The notes: generated by a model from the letters alone, not told the origin. Positions 30,413 to 41,966 are shown, counted from the first letter of the stretch. The stretch is 64,000 nt of DNA from Longimicrobiales bacterium (GCA_965116905.1 OZ220732.1:2752001-2816000); one strand, 5' to 3'. A program made the numbers and translations.

Positions 30413-31383
30413 TGGCGGACGTGCTTGCGGTAGCCGAGTCGAAGCAGGGAGTGCTTGCGGGGGTTTCGCGGGAAGCGGTCACGGTCGCACGCAGGATTGC
30501 GGACGAACTGGGCTGTGAGGTCGAGGCCGCCGCCACGGGTGCGCCGGCCGACGAGCTCGCGCGCTACGGTGCCGACCGGATCGTGCAACTGGCCGGTGAC
30601 GGTCTTTCGCCCGGCTACGCCGACGCCTGGGCCGCGGCTCTGGCCGGCCGGATCCGCGCGGGAGGCCATGCGGCCGTGGTCATCGCGGCCACGGCGACGG
30701 GCAAGGACCTCGCCCCCCGCGTTGCCGCGAAGCTGGGAACTCCGCTGCTGACGGACGTCACGGATGTCGCGGTGGACGCGGGCGGCGTCGTGGTCACGCG
30801 GCCGGTATTCGCCGGCAAGGCCCTGGCCCGGGTAAGGGCGCTTGAGGCACCCGCACTGATTTCCATCCGGCCCAACGTCTTCTCCGCGGCCGAGTCGCCG
30901 CGCGACGCGAGCCTGGAGACGGTCGTCACGGACATCTCGGATCGGGATTCCGGGTACCGGGTCGTCGGCTTCGAGGCGTCCCAGGGGGCATCCATCGATG
31001 TCAGCGAAGCCACGATCGTCGTGTCGGGCGGGCGCGGTCTCAAGGGTCCGGAGAACTGGCATCTGGTCGAGGACCTCAGGGACGCGCTCGGCGAATCCGC
31101 CGCGCTGGGCGCTTCGCGGGCGGTGGTCGACGCCGGCTGGCGGCCGCACTCCGAACAGGTGGGCCAGACGGGGAAGACCGTGACGCCCAAGCTCTACTTC
31201 GCGGTCGCGATCTCGGGGGCGATTCAGCACCTCGCCGGGATGCGCACCTCGGGCGTGATCGTGGCCGTGAACCGCGACGCCGACGCGCCGATATTCGGCG
31301 TCGCCGACTACGGCATCGTGGGTGACGCCTTCGAAGTCGTTCCGCAGCTGGCCGAAGCAATCCGCGAGCTGCGCGAAAGCTAG
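30412..31383 (+). CDS. etfA: electron transfer flavoprotein alpha subunit
   Basis: VSGGRG, GASRAVVDAGW, QVGQTGK, ISGAIQHLAGM, APIF..ADYGIVGD. Confidence 0.95.
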   Translation: MADVLAVAESKQGVLAGVSREAVTVARRIADELGCEVEAAATGAPADELARYGADRIVQLAGDGLSPGYADAWAAALAGRIRAGGHAAVVIAATATGKDLAPRVAAKLGTPLLTDVTDVAVDAGGVVVTRPVFAGKALARVRALEAPALISIRPNVFSAAESPRDASLETVVTDISDRDSGYRVVGFEASQGASIDVSEATIVVSGGRGLKGPENWHLVEDLRDALGESAALGASRAVVDAGWRPHSEQVGQTGKTVTPKLYFAVAISGAIQHLAGMRTSGVIVAVNRDADAPIFGVADYGIVGDAFEVVPQLAEAIRELRES

Positions 31384-31461
31384 CCGTCCTCGGACGGGAG
31401 CGGGTCCGCGGATCAAGCCACCCGAGCACCGAGAGTGGCGAGGTGTCTGCCGAGGCGAGGC

Positions 31462-31491
31462 GCCTGCTGCGAGTGAGCCTGCTGCGAGTGC
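31462..31491. repeat. 15-bp tandem duplication in convergent intergenic region
   Basis: gcctgctgcgagtga / gcctgctgcgagtgc. Confidence 0.8.
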
Positions 31492-31498
31492 GCCCCCT

Positions 31499-31939
31499 TC
31501 AGCGGCCCGAGGGACGGCCCAGCATCGCGACGGGGTCGACCTCGCGGCCCCACCGCCAGATCTCCAGGTGCAGGTGCGAGCCGCGCGAGTTCCCGGACTG
31601 CCCCGTCAGCCCGATCACCGTGGCCTTGGAGACCTCCTGGCCCACCTCGACGGAGATCTCGGAGAGGTGGGCGTATACCGTGATCACATCATCGGGGTGG
31701 TCGAGCCAGATCACCTGCCCGTAGCCGCTCATCGTGCCCGCAAACCGGACCCTCCCGGACAGGACGGGCCGGACCGGGGTCCCGTGCGCGACCGCGATGT
31801 CCACGCCGCGATGCAGATCCCCGACCACGCCTTCCATCCGCATGCCGTAGGGGGAACTCAGCGGGCCCTCGACCGGCCACTGGGGCGTCTGGCATGAGAT
31901 CAGGACGAGGGCCAGGAGCGCGGGGAGACTGCGTCTCAT
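31499..31939 (-). CDS. M23 family metallopeptidase, probable lipoprotein
   Basis: LVLISC; HRGVD, YAHL, TGQSGNSRGSHLHLE; ATG overlaps moeA stop. Confidence 0.9.
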   Translation of the reverse strand: MRRSLPALLALVLISCQTPQWPVEGPLSSPYGMRMEGVVGDLHRGVDIAVAHGTPVRPVLSGRVRFAGTMSGYGQVIWLDHPDDVITVYAHLSEISVEVGQEVSKATVIGLTGQSGNSRGSHLHLEIWRWGREVDPVAMLGRPSGR

Positions 31940-33219
31940 CGCGGACCGGGCAGCAGCATCACCGACACGGGTTCGTTCCTGCCGATCCGCGCGACGCCCT
32001 CGGGCAGGATCGCAAGGCCGTCGGCATCCCGAAGCGAACGCACCAGTCCACTGCCCTGTGGACCCGTGAGCGAGCAGCGGCCCCATGGGGACTCCTGCCC
32101 GGAGGCCGGTCCGTGCAGCTTCACCCGGTAGAACTGCGTCAGCCCTTCCGGGGAGGCGAGCGGCGCCTCCGTTCGCACGGTCACCGCGGTCCCCTCCGGG
32201 CGGGGAGACCCCAGGCAGGCTCGCAGGTAGGGAGCCACGAAGACATGAAAGGTCACGAACGCCGACGCCGGGTTTCCGGGGAGCCCGAAGACGGGCAGAT
32301 CGCCGCTTCCCCGCTGCAGGTGCCCGAACGACATGGGACTGCCCGGCCGCACGCGGACCCGCCAGAAGTCCAGTCGGAAGGGCATGTCCAGCAGAATGCG
32401 CTTCAGGAGGTCCCTCTCGCCCATCGATGCGCCGCCCGTCGTCACCAGCACGTCGACGTCCGCGACGGAGTCCAGACAGTCGCGCAGCGACTCGGGATCG
32501 TCGTCGACTACCCCCAGATCGATCGGAAGGCCTCCGGCCTCCCGGACACCCGCGGCGATCATCGCACGGTTCGTGTCGGGCACCCCACGACCTTCCACGA
32601 CGCGGTCGAACCGGTCGGGCCCCACCAGCTCGTCCCCGCTGGACAGCACCCCCACCCGGGGCCTCCGGAACACGGCTACCGGATCATGCCCACTGGCCAG
32701 GATCACCGGCACGGAGCCCGAATTCACGATCGTCCCGACCGGGACGGTCTCTTCGCCGACGGTCATGTCGTTCCCGGCCGAGCGCACGTGCTTGCGCAGG
32801 TCGTCGGTGCGGTGAATGACCACCCGTCCCGGCGACGCTTCGCCGTCCGTGTGCTCGACGCGAATCACCGTGTCGAAGCCCACGGGCACCGCCCCGCCCG
32901 TCATGATCCGCACCACGGCGCCGCGCGGGACGTTGTCGAGCGGCACCGAACCGGGATACACCGCGCCCGCCACGGGCATGGTGATCGGTGTGCGTGCGGC
33001 CGCGGTCAGCTCCCCGCTTCGCGCGGCGAAGCCGTCCATCGCGCTGTTGGGCCAGGCGGGAAGGTGCGCGCGGGCCCGGACCGGCTCCCCCAGCGAGCGC
33101 CCGAGAGCGTCCCACGCCCGCACGCGTGCGGTCGGCGTCGGCGATGCAGCGTCCAGGACGTGCGAGAGGGCCTCCTCCCAGGACAGCCAGTCCGCCGCGA
33201 GGCTCTCGAACTCACCCAT
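31936..33219 (-). CDS. moeA: molybdopterin molybdotransferase MoeA
   Basis: NSAMDGFA, RIMTGG, SSGDEL, TTGGASMGERD, VRPGSP, GLPGNPAS, QGSG. Confidence 0.93.
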   Translation of the reverse strand: MGEFESLAADWLSWEEALSHVLDAASPTPTARVRAWDALGRSLGEPVRARAHLPAWPNSAMDGFAARSGELTAAARTPITMPVAGAVYPGSVPLDNVPRGAVVRIMTGGAVPVGFDTVIRVEHTDGEASPGRVVIHRTDDLRKHVRSAGNDMTVGEETVPVGTIVNSGSVPVILASGHDPVAVFRRPRVGVLSSGDELVGPDRFDRVVEGRGVPDTNRAMIAAGVREAGGLPIDLGVVDDDPESLRDCLDSVADVDVLVTTGGASMGERDLLKRILLDMPFRLDFWRVRVRPGSPMSFGHLQRGSGDLPVFGLPGNPASAFVTFHVFVAPYLRACLGSPRPEGTAVTVRTEAPLASPEGLTQFYRVKLHGPASGQESPWGRCSLTGPQGSGLVRSLRDADGLAILPEGVARIGRNEPVSVMLLPGPR

Positions 33220-33230
33220 GCGGCGATACG

Positions 33231-33929
33231 TCAGAAGCGCAGCGCCAGGCTGACCGAGACACCGTAGCCGCCGGCCCATTCGCTTTGCTCGATCGAGTCC
33301 AGCTGCTTCGCCTCGTCGTCGAAGCCGGAAGGGGTTGTCAGCTGCCACAGCTTGAGACTGCCGTCGGCCCGAAGCATGAGCCGGGAAGAGATGGCGAGCT
33401 TGACTCCGGCGCCTGCGTTTGCCGTGAACGCCGTGCCGAAGTCGAATACGTCCTCCGGGAGCAGGACCTCCTCCAGGCCGCTCAGGCCGGCGGCGTCGTA
33501 CGCGATGCCACCGCCCACGAACAGGTGGGGACTGATCCTGTTCCAGGTCCGCCGTCCGGTCAGACTGAAACCCAGGCGCGCGTCCAGCATGAACAGGTGA
33601 ACGTCCGTCTCGCCGATGGAGCGGTCACCCTCGGCCCTCCGTGGATCGATCACGTCCCGGGTGGTCGGCAGGTAGGTGATCATCCCCTCGATGAACAGGG
33701 GACCGGTCGCCTCGACCACATACCGGCCACCCAGGAACGACGACGACTTGGGGCCCAGATCGAGCGATCCCTCGGAGAGGTACAGAGTGCCCCACAGCGC
33801 CGACGCTTCCTGGCCGTACTCGATGAAGCGGTAGGAAGACGGGATCGACTGGGCCCGCACGGGAGCGCCGGCGAGGAGAGCCAAAAGGGTCAATAGCGCG
33901 CCAGTACGGGAGATACTGGATACGGTCAT
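33231..33929 (-). CDS. probable small outer-membrane beta-barrel protein
   Basis: Signal peptide (VRA|Q), alternating amphipathic strands, C-terminal VSVSLALRF. Confidence 0.7.
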   Translation of the reverse strand: MTVSSISRTGALLTLLALLAGAPVRAQSIPSSYRFIEYGQEASALWGTLYLSEGSLDLGPKSSSFLGGRYVVEATGPLFIEGMITYLPTTRDVIDPRRAEGDRSIGETDVHLFMLDARLGFSLTGRRTWNRISPHLFVGGGIAYDAAGLSGLEEVLLPEDVFDFGTAFTANAGAGVKLAISSRLMLRADGSLKLWQLTTPSGFDDEAKQLDSIEQSEWAGGYGVSVSLALRF

Positions 33930-34108
33930 CGATTCGGGTCTTTATCCTGGTTTACGCGAAACTGCAGTGAATGTAATCTGATTCATGGATGTGTACCGAC
34001 CGCTGCCCGCCGGATGAATCCTGCCGGGTGGGGTTTCGTATGGAAGAGGTGTTCCTTGGGCGTCGAATGGTTGCCGGTACCCGGCACGGCGAAGGGATCC
34101 TGGATCTG

Positions 34109-34903
34109 ATGCGGTGTTCGACCTGTGGCGAGACTCTGGGCGCCGGCGAGGCGCGGTGTCCCACGTGCGGGGCCGCTGTCGCTTCCAGGGTTCCGGTGTC
34201 GCAACGCCACATCCGGCAGTGTCCGCGGTGTTCCCACCGGGGCGACGGCATCTCCTACTTCCGCAAGGCCAGCCACATCGGATTGCTGGTCGGCCTCAGC
34301 GTCTTCACCTACGGCGTGGGCGGCGTGGTCTACTACGCGCTCCGCCGCCGCCGCCGCGTTTGTCCCAATTGCGGGCTGGGCTGGGAACACAGCCGTGAGC
34401 CGGGCGAAGGACTCTCGACGGAGGAGCTCGCGCCCGTCGCAACCCCCTCCAGGCCGGCCGCGCCCGCACCGGACGCACCGCTTCCCCCCAGCGGCATCGG
34501 CAGGCGCGTATTCGGGGGAAGCCTGGCAGTGCTGGCGACGATCATGATCACGGCCGGCATCTCGACAAGCGTCTTCGAGCCCGTCGTCATCGGATCCGCG
34601 ATCGGCATGGCGGGCTCCGGGCTTTTCCTGTGGGGCTGGAAGGCCCTTCAGCAGCGGCGGGAATCGGTGCTGAACGCCCTCAACCGCAAGGTGCTGATGC
34701 TGGCGACGCGGCGTGAAGGGGTCCTCACGGTCACCGACGTGGCGGCGGAACTCGACCTCACCATTCCCGCGGCCGAGAAGGTCCTGATCGCCATGGACGA
34801 CGGGTTTCGCGTGCGCTCGGAGATCACCGACGACGGGGTGCTGTACTACGAATTCCCCGAGGTTAGGCACAGGAAGAAGCTGGCGTCCGGCGACGCCGAC
34901 TAG
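34109..34903 (+). CDS. zinc-ribbon membrane protein with C-terminal winged-helix-like domain
   Basis: CSTC, CPTC, CPRC...hydrophobic...CPNC; two further TM helices; LTVTDVAAELDL...GVLYYEFPE. Confidence 0.75.
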   Translation: MRCSTCGETLGAGEARCPTCGAAVASRVPVSQRHIRQCPRCSHRGDGISYFRKASHIGLLVGLSVFTYGVGGVVYYALRRRRRVCPNCGLGWEHSREPGEGLSTEELAPVATPSRPAAPAPDAPLPPSGIGRRVFGGSLAVLATIMITAGISTSVFEPVVIGSAIGMAGSGLFLWGWKALQQRRESVLNALNRKVLMLATRREGVLTVTDVAAELDLTIPAAEKVLIAMDDGFRVRSEITDDGVLYYEFPEVRHRKKLASGDAD

Positions 34904-34954
34904 GTCCCGCGTTATATTGGTCCGTCATCCCGACTCCGTTCAGTGAGGATTTGC

Positions 34955-35212
34955 GTGCGACAGTTCGTTGACGACAGCGGCGATGCCTGGGTGGCGTCTG
35001 TGGCCCGGGCCGAGGGCGGAGACTACAAGGGAGCCTACTACCTCGTGATGGAACGGGCCGGCGGGAGCGGCGAGCCGGTGGCGTTGACCGATGTGCGCTG
35101 GAACTCGACCCGAACCGCGGAGCGGACGCTGTCGACGATGTCTGGGGTGGAATTGCGGCGTCGTCTGCGTTCGGCGCTGGGGAGGGCGGGGACGGCCGCC
35201 TCGGCTTCCTGA
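34955..35212 (+). CDS. small hypothetical protein
   Basis: GAGGA RBS, GTG start MRQFVDDSGDAW; fits between neighbouring genes. Confidence 0.65.
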   Translation: MRQFVDDSGDAWVASVARAEGGDYKGAYYLVMERAGGSGEPVALTDVRWNSTRTAERTLSTMSGVELRRRLRSALGRAGTAASAS

Positions 35213-35215
35213 CCG

Positions 35216-35280
35216 GGACTCAGGCGCAATCCGGACGCGGGAGCAGCGGACGCAGGCGCGGCGGACTCAGGCGCAATCCG
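35216..35280. repeat. degenerate ~15-17-bp array; first and last 18 bp identical, last overlaps fur stop
   Basis: ggactcaggcgcaatccg at 35216-35233 and 35263-35280, with two degenerate ggacgc... units between. Confidence 0.8.
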
Positions 35281-35701
35281 CGCAGTAGCCCGTCAACTCC
35301 AGCCGGTATCCCGTGACGTGGAAGTCGGCGCAGGCCTCCGGACCGGCAACCAGTTCGCGCGGAAGGCTCCCGGGAACGTCGCGCACCGTGCCGCAGTGCG
35401 TGCATCGGGCGTGGTGGTGGGGGTCCGTGCGTCCGTCGTACCTGGCTGAGCCGTCCGAATAGGTCAGCTTCAGCGCCATTCCGCACCCGACCAGGGTCTC
35501 CAGGTTCTTGTAGACGGTCGCGAGCGAAATCGCGGGAACCAGCTCCCGAACGCCGGTGAAAACCTCCTCGGCGGTCGGATGCGTGTCGGTGCCGGAGAGG
35601 AACCCGTAAACGGCGCCCCTCTGCTCCGTGAAGCGATGCCCGTGCGCCTCCAGAGTCTCCCTGAGGCGATCCGTGGAAACGGACGAACTGACCTGGGACA
35701 C
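35267..35701 (-). CDS. Fur family transcriptional regulator (PerR-like)
   Basis: RFTEQR, HPTAEEV, ISLATVYKNL, RYDG..PHHHARCTHCG, GYCADC; GTG 35701 after GAGGAGG. Confidence 0.9.
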   Translation of the reverse strand: MSQVSSSVSTDRLRETLEAHGHRFTEQRGAVYGFLSGTDTHPTAEEVFTGVRELVPAISLATVYKNLETLVGCGMALKLTYSDGSARYDGRTDPHHHARCTHCGTVRDVPGSLPRELVAGPEACADFHVTGYRLELTGYCADCA

Positions 35702-35810
35702 CTTCCCTGCCTCCTCGGTGGGACCGGTTCGAGCACCATCATTAGCATGCGTGGCCCGCGGCGCAGTGTCAACGGTTGCCGGTTCGCCGGCCGGCTTCCA
35801 TACTCCGTGA

Positions 35811-37766
35811 ATGAAACAGGACCGTGCCGCTCTCGACGCGCTGCTCACCGAAAAGCGACTCTTCGCTCCGCCCCCGCAGTTCGCCGCGGCAGCGGTCGTG
35901 CCCGACGACTCCATCTACGACGAAGCCGAGGCCTACGAGGACTTCTGGGCGGGCTGGGCCGGTGAACTCGACTGGTTCCGCAAGTGGGACACGGTTCTGG
36001 AGTGGAATCCGCCCCACGCGCGCTGGTTTGTCGGTGGAAGGCTGAACGTCTGCCACAACTGTGTCGACCGCCACCTCGACGGCCCGAGACGCGACAAGCA
36101 GGCGTTGGTGTGGGAAGGGGAGCCGGGGGACAGACGCACGTTCACCTATGCGGAGCTCGCCGGGGAAGTGGCAGTTTTTGCCAACGTGCTCAAGGGACTG
36201 GGAGTGAAGAAGGGCGACCGCGTCGCGATCTACCTCCCCATGATCCCGGAAGCCGCCTTCGCCATGCTCGCCTGCGCGAGGATCGGGGCGGCCCACTCGG
36301 TGGTCTTCGGCGGATTCAGCCCGGACTCCCTCGCGGATCGGATCAACGACGCCGAGGCCAGGGTGCTCGTCACGGCGGACGGGGGATACCGGCGCGGATC
36401 CGTCGTGCCGCTCAAGGCCAACGCGGACCGGGCCGTGGCACGCTGCCCCGGTATCGAGCACGTGCTGGTCGTCGCGCGCGGCCACGCGGACGCCCGCCTT
36501 GACGACACCTCGATGACCCCCGGCCGCGATCACTGGTACCACGAACTCGCCGCCGGCGTCGATGCCGCGTGCGAACCCGAGGTCATGGACTCGGAGGATC
36601 TCCTCTACATCCTCTACACGTCGGGGACCACGGGGAAGCCCAAGGGCGTCGTCCACACGACCGGCGGCTACCTCACCCAGGTGCACGCGACGACACGGAT
36701 GGTGTTCGATCTGAAGGAGGACGACGTGTACTGGTGCACGGCCGATGTCGGCTGGGTGACCGGGCACAGCTACATCGTCTACGGGCCGCTGGCCGCCGGC
36801 GCGACGGTGGTCATGTACGAGGGCGCCCCCGATTGGCCGGACAAGGGCCGTTTCTGGAAGATGTGCGAGTCGTACGGCGTCACCGTCTTCTACACGGCCC
36901 CCACGGCGATCCGGGCCTTCATGCAATGGGGAGAAGCGTGGCCGGCGGGGTACGATCTCGGGCGCCTGCGCCTGCTGGGGACGGTGGGCGAGCCCATTAA
37001 CCCGGAGGCCTGGATGTGGTACCACCGGGTGATCGGCGGAGAGCGCTGTCCCATCGTGGACACCTGGTGGCAGACGGAGACCGGCGGGATCATGATCACC
37101 CCGCTGCCCGGCGTCACCCACACCCGTCCGGGGAGCGCATGCCGGCCCTTCCCGGGCATCCAGGCCGCCCTGCTGAACGACGCGGGCGAGCCTGTCGACG
37201 CCGGATACCTGGCCGTTACGCGGCCATGGCCGTCGATGCTCCGGACGATCTGGGGCGACGACGAACGCTACCGCGAGACCTACTGGTCCAAGTGGGACGG
37301 GATCTACTTCCCGGGAGACGGCGCCAAGGTAGACGAGGACGGCTACCTGTGGATCCTCGGGCGGGTCGACGATGTCCTGAACGTTGCGGGCCACCGGATC
37401 GGCACCATGGAGGTGGAGAGCGCCCTCGTCGAGCACCCCGCGGTGGCGGAGGCCGCGGTCGTGGGCAAGGAGCACGCTGTGAAGGGCCAGGCGATTTCCG
37501 CGTTCGTGACCCTGATGCAGGAGTTCGAGGCGAGCGATTCCCTCGCTGCGGAGCTGCGCGCCCACGTAGCGGCCGCCATCGGGCCGATTGCCCGGCCCGA
37601 GGACATCCTGTTCACCGCCGATCTCCCCAAGACGCGGTCCGGCAAGATCATGCGCAGACTCCTCGGCGACATTGCGGCCGGCCGTGCCCTGGGCGATACC
37701 ACGACCCTGGCGGATCCCGCGGTGGTGCAGGGCCTGAAGGAGCGCTACGAGGTGAACGAAGGGTAG
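35811..37766 (+). CDS. acs: acetate--CoA ligase
   Basis: [58 protein letters not shown]. Confidence 0.97.
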   Translation: MKQDRAALDALLTEKRLFAPPPQFAAAAVVPDDSIYDEAEAYEDFWAGWAGELDWFRKWDTVLEWNPPHARWFVGGRLNVCHNCVDRHLDGPRRDKQALVWEGEPGDRRTFTYAELAGEVAVFANVLKGLGVKKGDRVAIYLPMIPEAAFAMLACARIGAAHSVVFGGFSPDSLADRINDAEARVLVTADGGYRRGSVVPLKANADRAVARCPGIEHVLVVARGHADARLDDTSMTPGRDHWYHELAAGVDAACEPEVMDSEDLLYILYTSGTTGKPKGVVHTTGGYLTQVHATTRMVFDLKEDDVYWCTADVGWVTGHSYIVYGPLAAGATVVMYEGAPDWPDKGRFWKMCESYGVTVFYTAPTAIRAFMQWGEAWPAGYDLGRLRLLGTVGEPINPEAWMWYHRVIGGERCPIVDTWWQTETGGIMITPLPGVTHTRPGSACRPFPGIQAALLNDAGEPVDAGYLAVTRPWPSMLRTIWGDDERYRETYWSKWDGIYFPGDGAKVDEDGYLWILGRVDDVLNVAGHRIGTMEVESALVEHPAVAEAAVVGKEHAVKGQAISAFVTLMQEFEASDSLAAELRAHVAAAIGPIARPEDILFTADLPKTRSGKIMRRLLGDIAAGRALGDTTTLADPAVVQGLKERYEVNEG

Positions 37767-37785
37767 GAGCGGCGCTCCCCGCCAC

Positions 37786-37860
37786 CCGGGCGGCTATCCG
37801 GCTGAGCGGCTGCTTGGCCGGGCGGCTACCCGGCCGGGCGGCTCAGCCGGGCGGCTACCC
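37786..37860. repeat. degenerate ~13-16-bp array (ccgggcggct core), last unit overlaps acyltransferase stop
   Basis: About five units; gccgggcggctaccc occurs at 37817 and 37846. Confidence 0.8.
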
Positions 37861-38667
37861 CTCGCCAAGCGGGTCCGGCGTGGGCGGCCGGCGCTTTCGC
37901 TTCGGCTTCCGCGTCACCGGCTTGGCGGGTACGCCGACATGCACCGTGTCGGGCTCCGTATCCCTGGTGACGAGCGCCCCCGCGCCCACCATCGAATTGG
38001 GCGCCAGGTTCGTGCCCGCCAGCACGGTGGCGTGATAGGCGATGCGCACACCGTCGCCGATCACGGTGCGCGGCGTGCGCACGTCGCGGGGCTCGCAGAT
38101 GTGGTGACTGTGGGAGTACACGTTCGCGTAGTCGGAGATCGACACCCGGCTCCCGATCCGGATGCCGCCCCGGTCGTCGAGGAGGACGTGCCGGTGCACC
38201 ACGACGTCGTCCCCGACCTCCATCCCGTAGCCGAAGGACAGCTTCACGAAGTGGAAGGCCTTGAAGTTCTTCCCGCACCGGGCGAAGATGCGCCTGGCGA
38301 GCATGCGGCGGAACTTCACGCCCAGGTGCACGTTCTCTCCCAGCAGGCTCTTGTCGAACATCTCCCAGAGCCAGATCAGCGGCTTCACGCGATGGTACCG
38401 GTCGAGGTCGGTGTCGACGTAGTACTCGGGCTCCAGCGTCACGTTCCGGGGGTCCAGCTGATCGCGGAGGATCGGGTGGGCCGTCTCGAGTCCGCCGGGG
38501 AAGTAGATCTCTTCCAGGACCCTGCGGCAGAAGTCGTACCGGTCGGTGCCGGGATCGGCGAGTTCTTCCTCCAGCGCCGCCAGCCAGCGGTCGTAGCGGG
38601 CCTCGCATCCCTCGCCCAGGGGAACGCTGCGCAGCGGAAGGAATCGGTAGTCGGTCGTGTCTGACAT
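37855..38667 (-). CDS. left-handed beta-helix (hexapeptide-repeat) acyltransferase
   Basis: EVGDDVVV, IRIGSRVSIS, VIGDGVRIA, VGAGALVTRD, GVPAKP. Confidence 0.88.
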   Translation of the reverse strand: MSDTTDYRFLPLRSVPLGEGCEARYDRWLAALEEELADPGTDRYDFCRRVLEEIYFPGGLETAHPILRDQLDPRNVTLEPEYYVDTDLDRYHRVKPLIWLWEMFDKSLLGENVHLGVKFRRMLARRIFARCGKNFKAFHFVKLSFGYGMEVGDDVVVHRHVLLDDRGGIRIGSRVSISDYANVYSHSHHICEPRDVRTPRTVIGDGVRIAYHATVLAGTNLAPNSMVGAGALVTRDTEPDTVHVGVPAKPVTRKPKRKRRPPTPDPLGEG

Positions 38668-38787
38668 GCCAACGTGTTCCGGGGTCGTTGGGGGCGCGGG
38701 GCGACCGATTGACGCCCGCGGGCCACGGCGTGTCCCCGAAGATAACCCCGGCTTGCGTTAATGATCCGTCAGCGGCTTCTTAGAACG

Positions 38788-39246
38788 ATGCACGACGTCC
38801 TCAGAGCCCGGTTGGTACGGAAGATCGAGAGCCTCCCCGAGGCGCAGGTCTATCAGGTGCTGGATTACATCGAGTTCCTCGAGTCCCGGTATGCCGCCGA
38901 AGAAGTGGACGGGGGCGCGAGCGGTCTGCAGCGGCTCGCGGAGGGGATTGAGGACCGCCTTCGCAAGTCGTCCTTCAACCCCTCGAATCTGCGCGAAGCG
39001 TTCCAGGTGGTCGCTGCCGCCGACCGAGCGCTCAGCGGGGTCGCCAGGGCGGGCCGGCAGCTCATGGACGAACTCGCGGGGGGGCCGGCCGACGGCGAAG
39101 ACTCGGAGCGAGGGGCTGCTTCCACCGACGCCGACGGCTCGGAGTCGGCAGCCGGGTCGGCCGACGACGAGGACCCGGAGCGCGCGGCCCCGTCGACGGA
39201 CGACTCGGATCCCGGAGCCGGGCCGGACGAGCCGCACGACCGTTGA
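38788..39246 (+). CDS. hypothetical protein with DUF2281-like N-terminus and acidic tail
   Basis: KIESLPEAQVYQVLDYIEFLESRY. Confidence 0.65.
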   Translation: MHDVLRARLVRKIESLPEAQVYQVLDYIEFLESRYAAEEVDGGASGLQRLAEGIEDRLRKSSFNPSNLREAFQVVAAADRALSGVARAGRQLMDELAGGPADGEDSERGAASTDADGSESAAGSADDEDPERAAPSTDDSDPGAGPDEPHDR

Positions 39247-39277
39247 CTAGTCGTTTGGCGGGTCTCTAGCTTTGCTG

Positions 39278-40765
39278 ATGGACAGTGGCAGCGAGCGCAC
39301 GGTCCCGTGGCGCGGCACGGTGATCAAGGAAGCCCTCACCTTCGACGATGTCCTCCTGGTGCCGGGTCACTCCCGGGTCCACCCGAAGGACACCGACGTC
39401 TCGACCCGCCTGACCAACCGCATCACCCTGCAGGTCCCGCTGGTGTCGGCCGCCATGGATACCGTCACCGAAGCCCGGATGGCGATCGCGGTCGCGCGCG
39501 AAGGGGGCGTCGGGGTCATCCACAAGAACATGCCCATCGAGCGGCAGGCGCGCGAAGTGGATCGTGTGAAGCGCTCCGAGAGCGGCATGATCCTCAACCC
39601 GATCACGCTGGGCCCCGACGCGTCGCTGCGCGAGGCGCACCGGCTCATGGCGCGCTTCTCCATCAGTGGGGTCCCCATCGTGGAGCCGGACGGCCGCCTG
39701 GTCGGAATCATCACCAACCGGGATCTCCAGTTCGAGAGCGACCTGGACCGCCCGGTCGCGGCGCTGATGACGTCGGAAGGGCTGGTGACGGCTCCCGTCG
39801 GGACCAACCTCGACGCGGCCCAGGAGATCCTGCACCGTCACCGCATCGAGAAGCTGCCCGTGGTGAACAGGGAAGGGCAGCTCAAGGGCCTGATCACGGT
39901 CAAGGACATCTTCAAGCGCCGTCAGTTCCCGAACGCGTGCAAGGACGAGCACGGGCGCCTGCGGGTAGGGGCTGCGGTCGGGGCCGGTGCGGCGGACATG
40001 GAACGCGCGCGGGCACTGGTGGAATCCGGGGTGGACTTTCTGGTGATCGACACGGCGCACGGGCACTCGGAGGGCGTCCTCGAGGCGGTCGCCCGGGTGC
40101 GTCAGGCCTTCCCGGACCAGGATCTGGTAGCGGGCAACGTGGGAACCGCCGAGGGCGCGGCGGCCCTTGTCGAGCGCGGCGCGGATGCGGTCAAGGTCGG
40201 CGTCGGGCCGGGTTCCATCTGCACGACCCGGGTGGTGACCGGTGTGGGCCTTCCGCAGCTGACCGCGGTGATGGATGCCGTCGATGGGGCGGCGGGGCAG
40301 GTGCCCGTGATCGCCGACGGGGGTGTGCGCTACTCGGGCGACGTCGTCAAGGCGCTGGCCGCCGGTGCCCACAGCGTCATGATGGGCTCGATTCTCGCGG
40401 GCACGGAAGAGTCGCCCGGCGAAGCGTTTCTGCTGGAAGGGCGCCGCTTCAAGACGGTGCGCGGCATGGGGTCCCTGTCCGCGATGGAAGAGGGGTCGGG
40501 CGACCGGTACTTCCAGGACAGCCGGGACGTTCGCAAGCTCGTACCGGAGGGGATCGAAGCGCGTGTGGCCTACAAGGGGCCGGTAGCCGACACGGTCTTC
40601 CAGCTCGCCGGAGGCCTCAGAAGCGGCATGGGCTACTGCGGGGCCGCCTCGCTCGCGGAGCTGCGGGCCGACGCCCGCTTCGTCCGGGTCACGGCGGGCG
40701 GTCTTCGGGAGTCACACCCCCACGACGTCACGATTACGCGTGAGGCGCCGAACTACAGCCACTGA
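39278..40765 (+). CDS. guaB: IMP dehydrogenase
   Basis: [20 protein letters not shown] pair, [41 protein letters not shown]. Confidence 0.97.
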   Translation: MDSGSERTVPWRGTVIKEALTFDDVLLVPGHSRVHPKDTDVSTRLTNRITLQVPLVSAAMDTVTEARMAIAVAREGGVGVIHKNMPIERQAREVDRVKRSESGMILNPITLGPDASLREAHRLMARFSISGVPIVEPDGRLVGIITNRDLQFESDLDRPVAALMTSEGLVTAPVGTNLDAAQEILHRHRIEKLPVVNREGQLKGLITVKDIFKRRQFPNACKDEHGRLRVGAAVGAGAADMERARALVESGVDFLVIDTAHGHSEGVLEAVARVRQAFPDQDLVAGNVGTAEGAAALVERGADAVKVGVGPGSICTTRVVTGVGLPQLTAVMDAVDGAAGQVPVIADGGVRYSGDVVKALAAGAHSVMMGSILAGTEESPGEAFLLEGRRFKTVRGMGSLSAMEEGSGDRYFQDSRDVRKLVPEGIEARVAYKGPVADTVFQLAGGLRSGMGYCGAASLAELRADARFVRVTAGGLRESHPHDVTITREAPNYSH

Positions 40766-41966
40766 CCCCGACCTCGCGCAGCTGGCCCGCGGATTCCCGG
40801 CCTGGGGACGATCCGCGCTCTCGGCCCTGCTGCTCGCGTCGGGGGCGGCGTGTACGGGAGCGCCGCCACTCCCCGCCCCCGGTCCGGCAGCTCCTCAACC
40901 CGTGGTCGTGAGGGCGCCGACGCCCGATATCCCCACGCGCCGCCCCCCGTCCGGGCGTCCCCGCGAGCTCGGTCTCGGCGACATTGCGACCGACCCGATC
41001 CTCACCTCGCCCTCGGCGCAGGACGATGCGATCAGCGAACGCGTCGCGTGGTGGCTGGACTACTGGCGGACGCGCGCCCCCGACCGGTTCGTGCGGGCAC
41101 TGGTCCGGATGGGCAGGTACGAGGACTACGTGGACGCGCAGGTCGCCGAGCGGGGTTTGCCGCCGTCGCTGCGCTACCTGCCCATCATCGAAGCGAGCTA
41201 CTACCCCAGGGCCGACTCGCCGGCCGGGGCGGGAGGGCTTTGGCAGTTCATGCCGGCCACGGCGCGCTGGCTCGGGATCGAAGTGGGCCCGCTGGTGGAT
41301 CAGCGTTACGATCCGTACGTCGCAACCCCCAGGGCGCTGGACTATCTGGCGGACCTGCACGAGCAGTTCGGGTCGTGGTTTCTGGCCCTTGCGGCGTACA
41401 ACGGCGGACCGGGGCGCCTGGCGCGGATCCTGGCGGAACACGGGCCTGACCGTCCCTGGACCGATGACGCGTTTCACCGGATCCGGCACCGGCTCCCGTC
41501 CGAGACGCGGGATTTCATCCCCAAATACCTCGCGGCCGCGCGTGTGGCCCGGGATCCGGAGGCGTTCGGGCTTGCGGCCTTTACCCGGGACGCGCCTCAG
41601 TCCTTCGATGCGGTGGATGTGGCGGGGTCCGCTTCGATCGATGTCATTGCCCGGGCCGCGGGGGCCGGCGAGGAGGAGGTGAGGGTCCTGAACCCCCACC
41701 TGGTGCTCGGACTCACACCGGCGGGAAGGACGACGGCGGTCCGTGTCCCGCAGGGTTCCGGATCGAGCTTCGAAGCCCGCCTTGCCGCGATTCCGGAAAC
41801 CGATCGGGTGACATTCACGCACCACCGGGTGAATCCGGGCGAGACGCTCTCGGGCATCGCGCGCGACTATCGCGTCTCTCTGCGCGACCTCCGGGCGGCC
41901 AATCCGGGAGTGCAGCCCAGGCTGCTTCAGATCGGCGCCGTCCTGGTCATTCCGTGGTCTCCCTGA
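40740..41966 (+). CDS. lytic transglycosylase (SLT domain + LysM, MltD-like), probable lipoprotein
   Basis: [55 protein letters not shown]; start uncertain. Confidence 0.9.
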   Translation: MRRRTTATDPDLAQLARGFPAWGRSALSALLLASGAACTGAPPLPAPGPAAPQPVVVRAPTPDIPTRRPPSGRPRELGLGDIATDPILTSPSAQDDAISERVAWWLDYWRTRAPDRFVRALVRMGRYEDYVDAQVAERGLPPSLRYLPIIEASYYPRADSPAGAGGLWQFMPATARWLGIEVGPLVDQRYDPYVATPRALDYLADLHEQFGSWFLALAAYNGGPGRLARILAEHGPDRPWTDDAFHRIRHRLPSETRDFIPKYLAAARVARDPEAFGLAAFTRDAPQSFDAVDVAGSASIDVIARAAGAGEEEVRVLNPHLVLGLTPAGRTTAVRVPQGSGSSFEARLAAIPETDRVTFTHHRVNPGETLSGIARDYRVSLRDLRAANPGVQPRLLQIGAVLVIPWSP

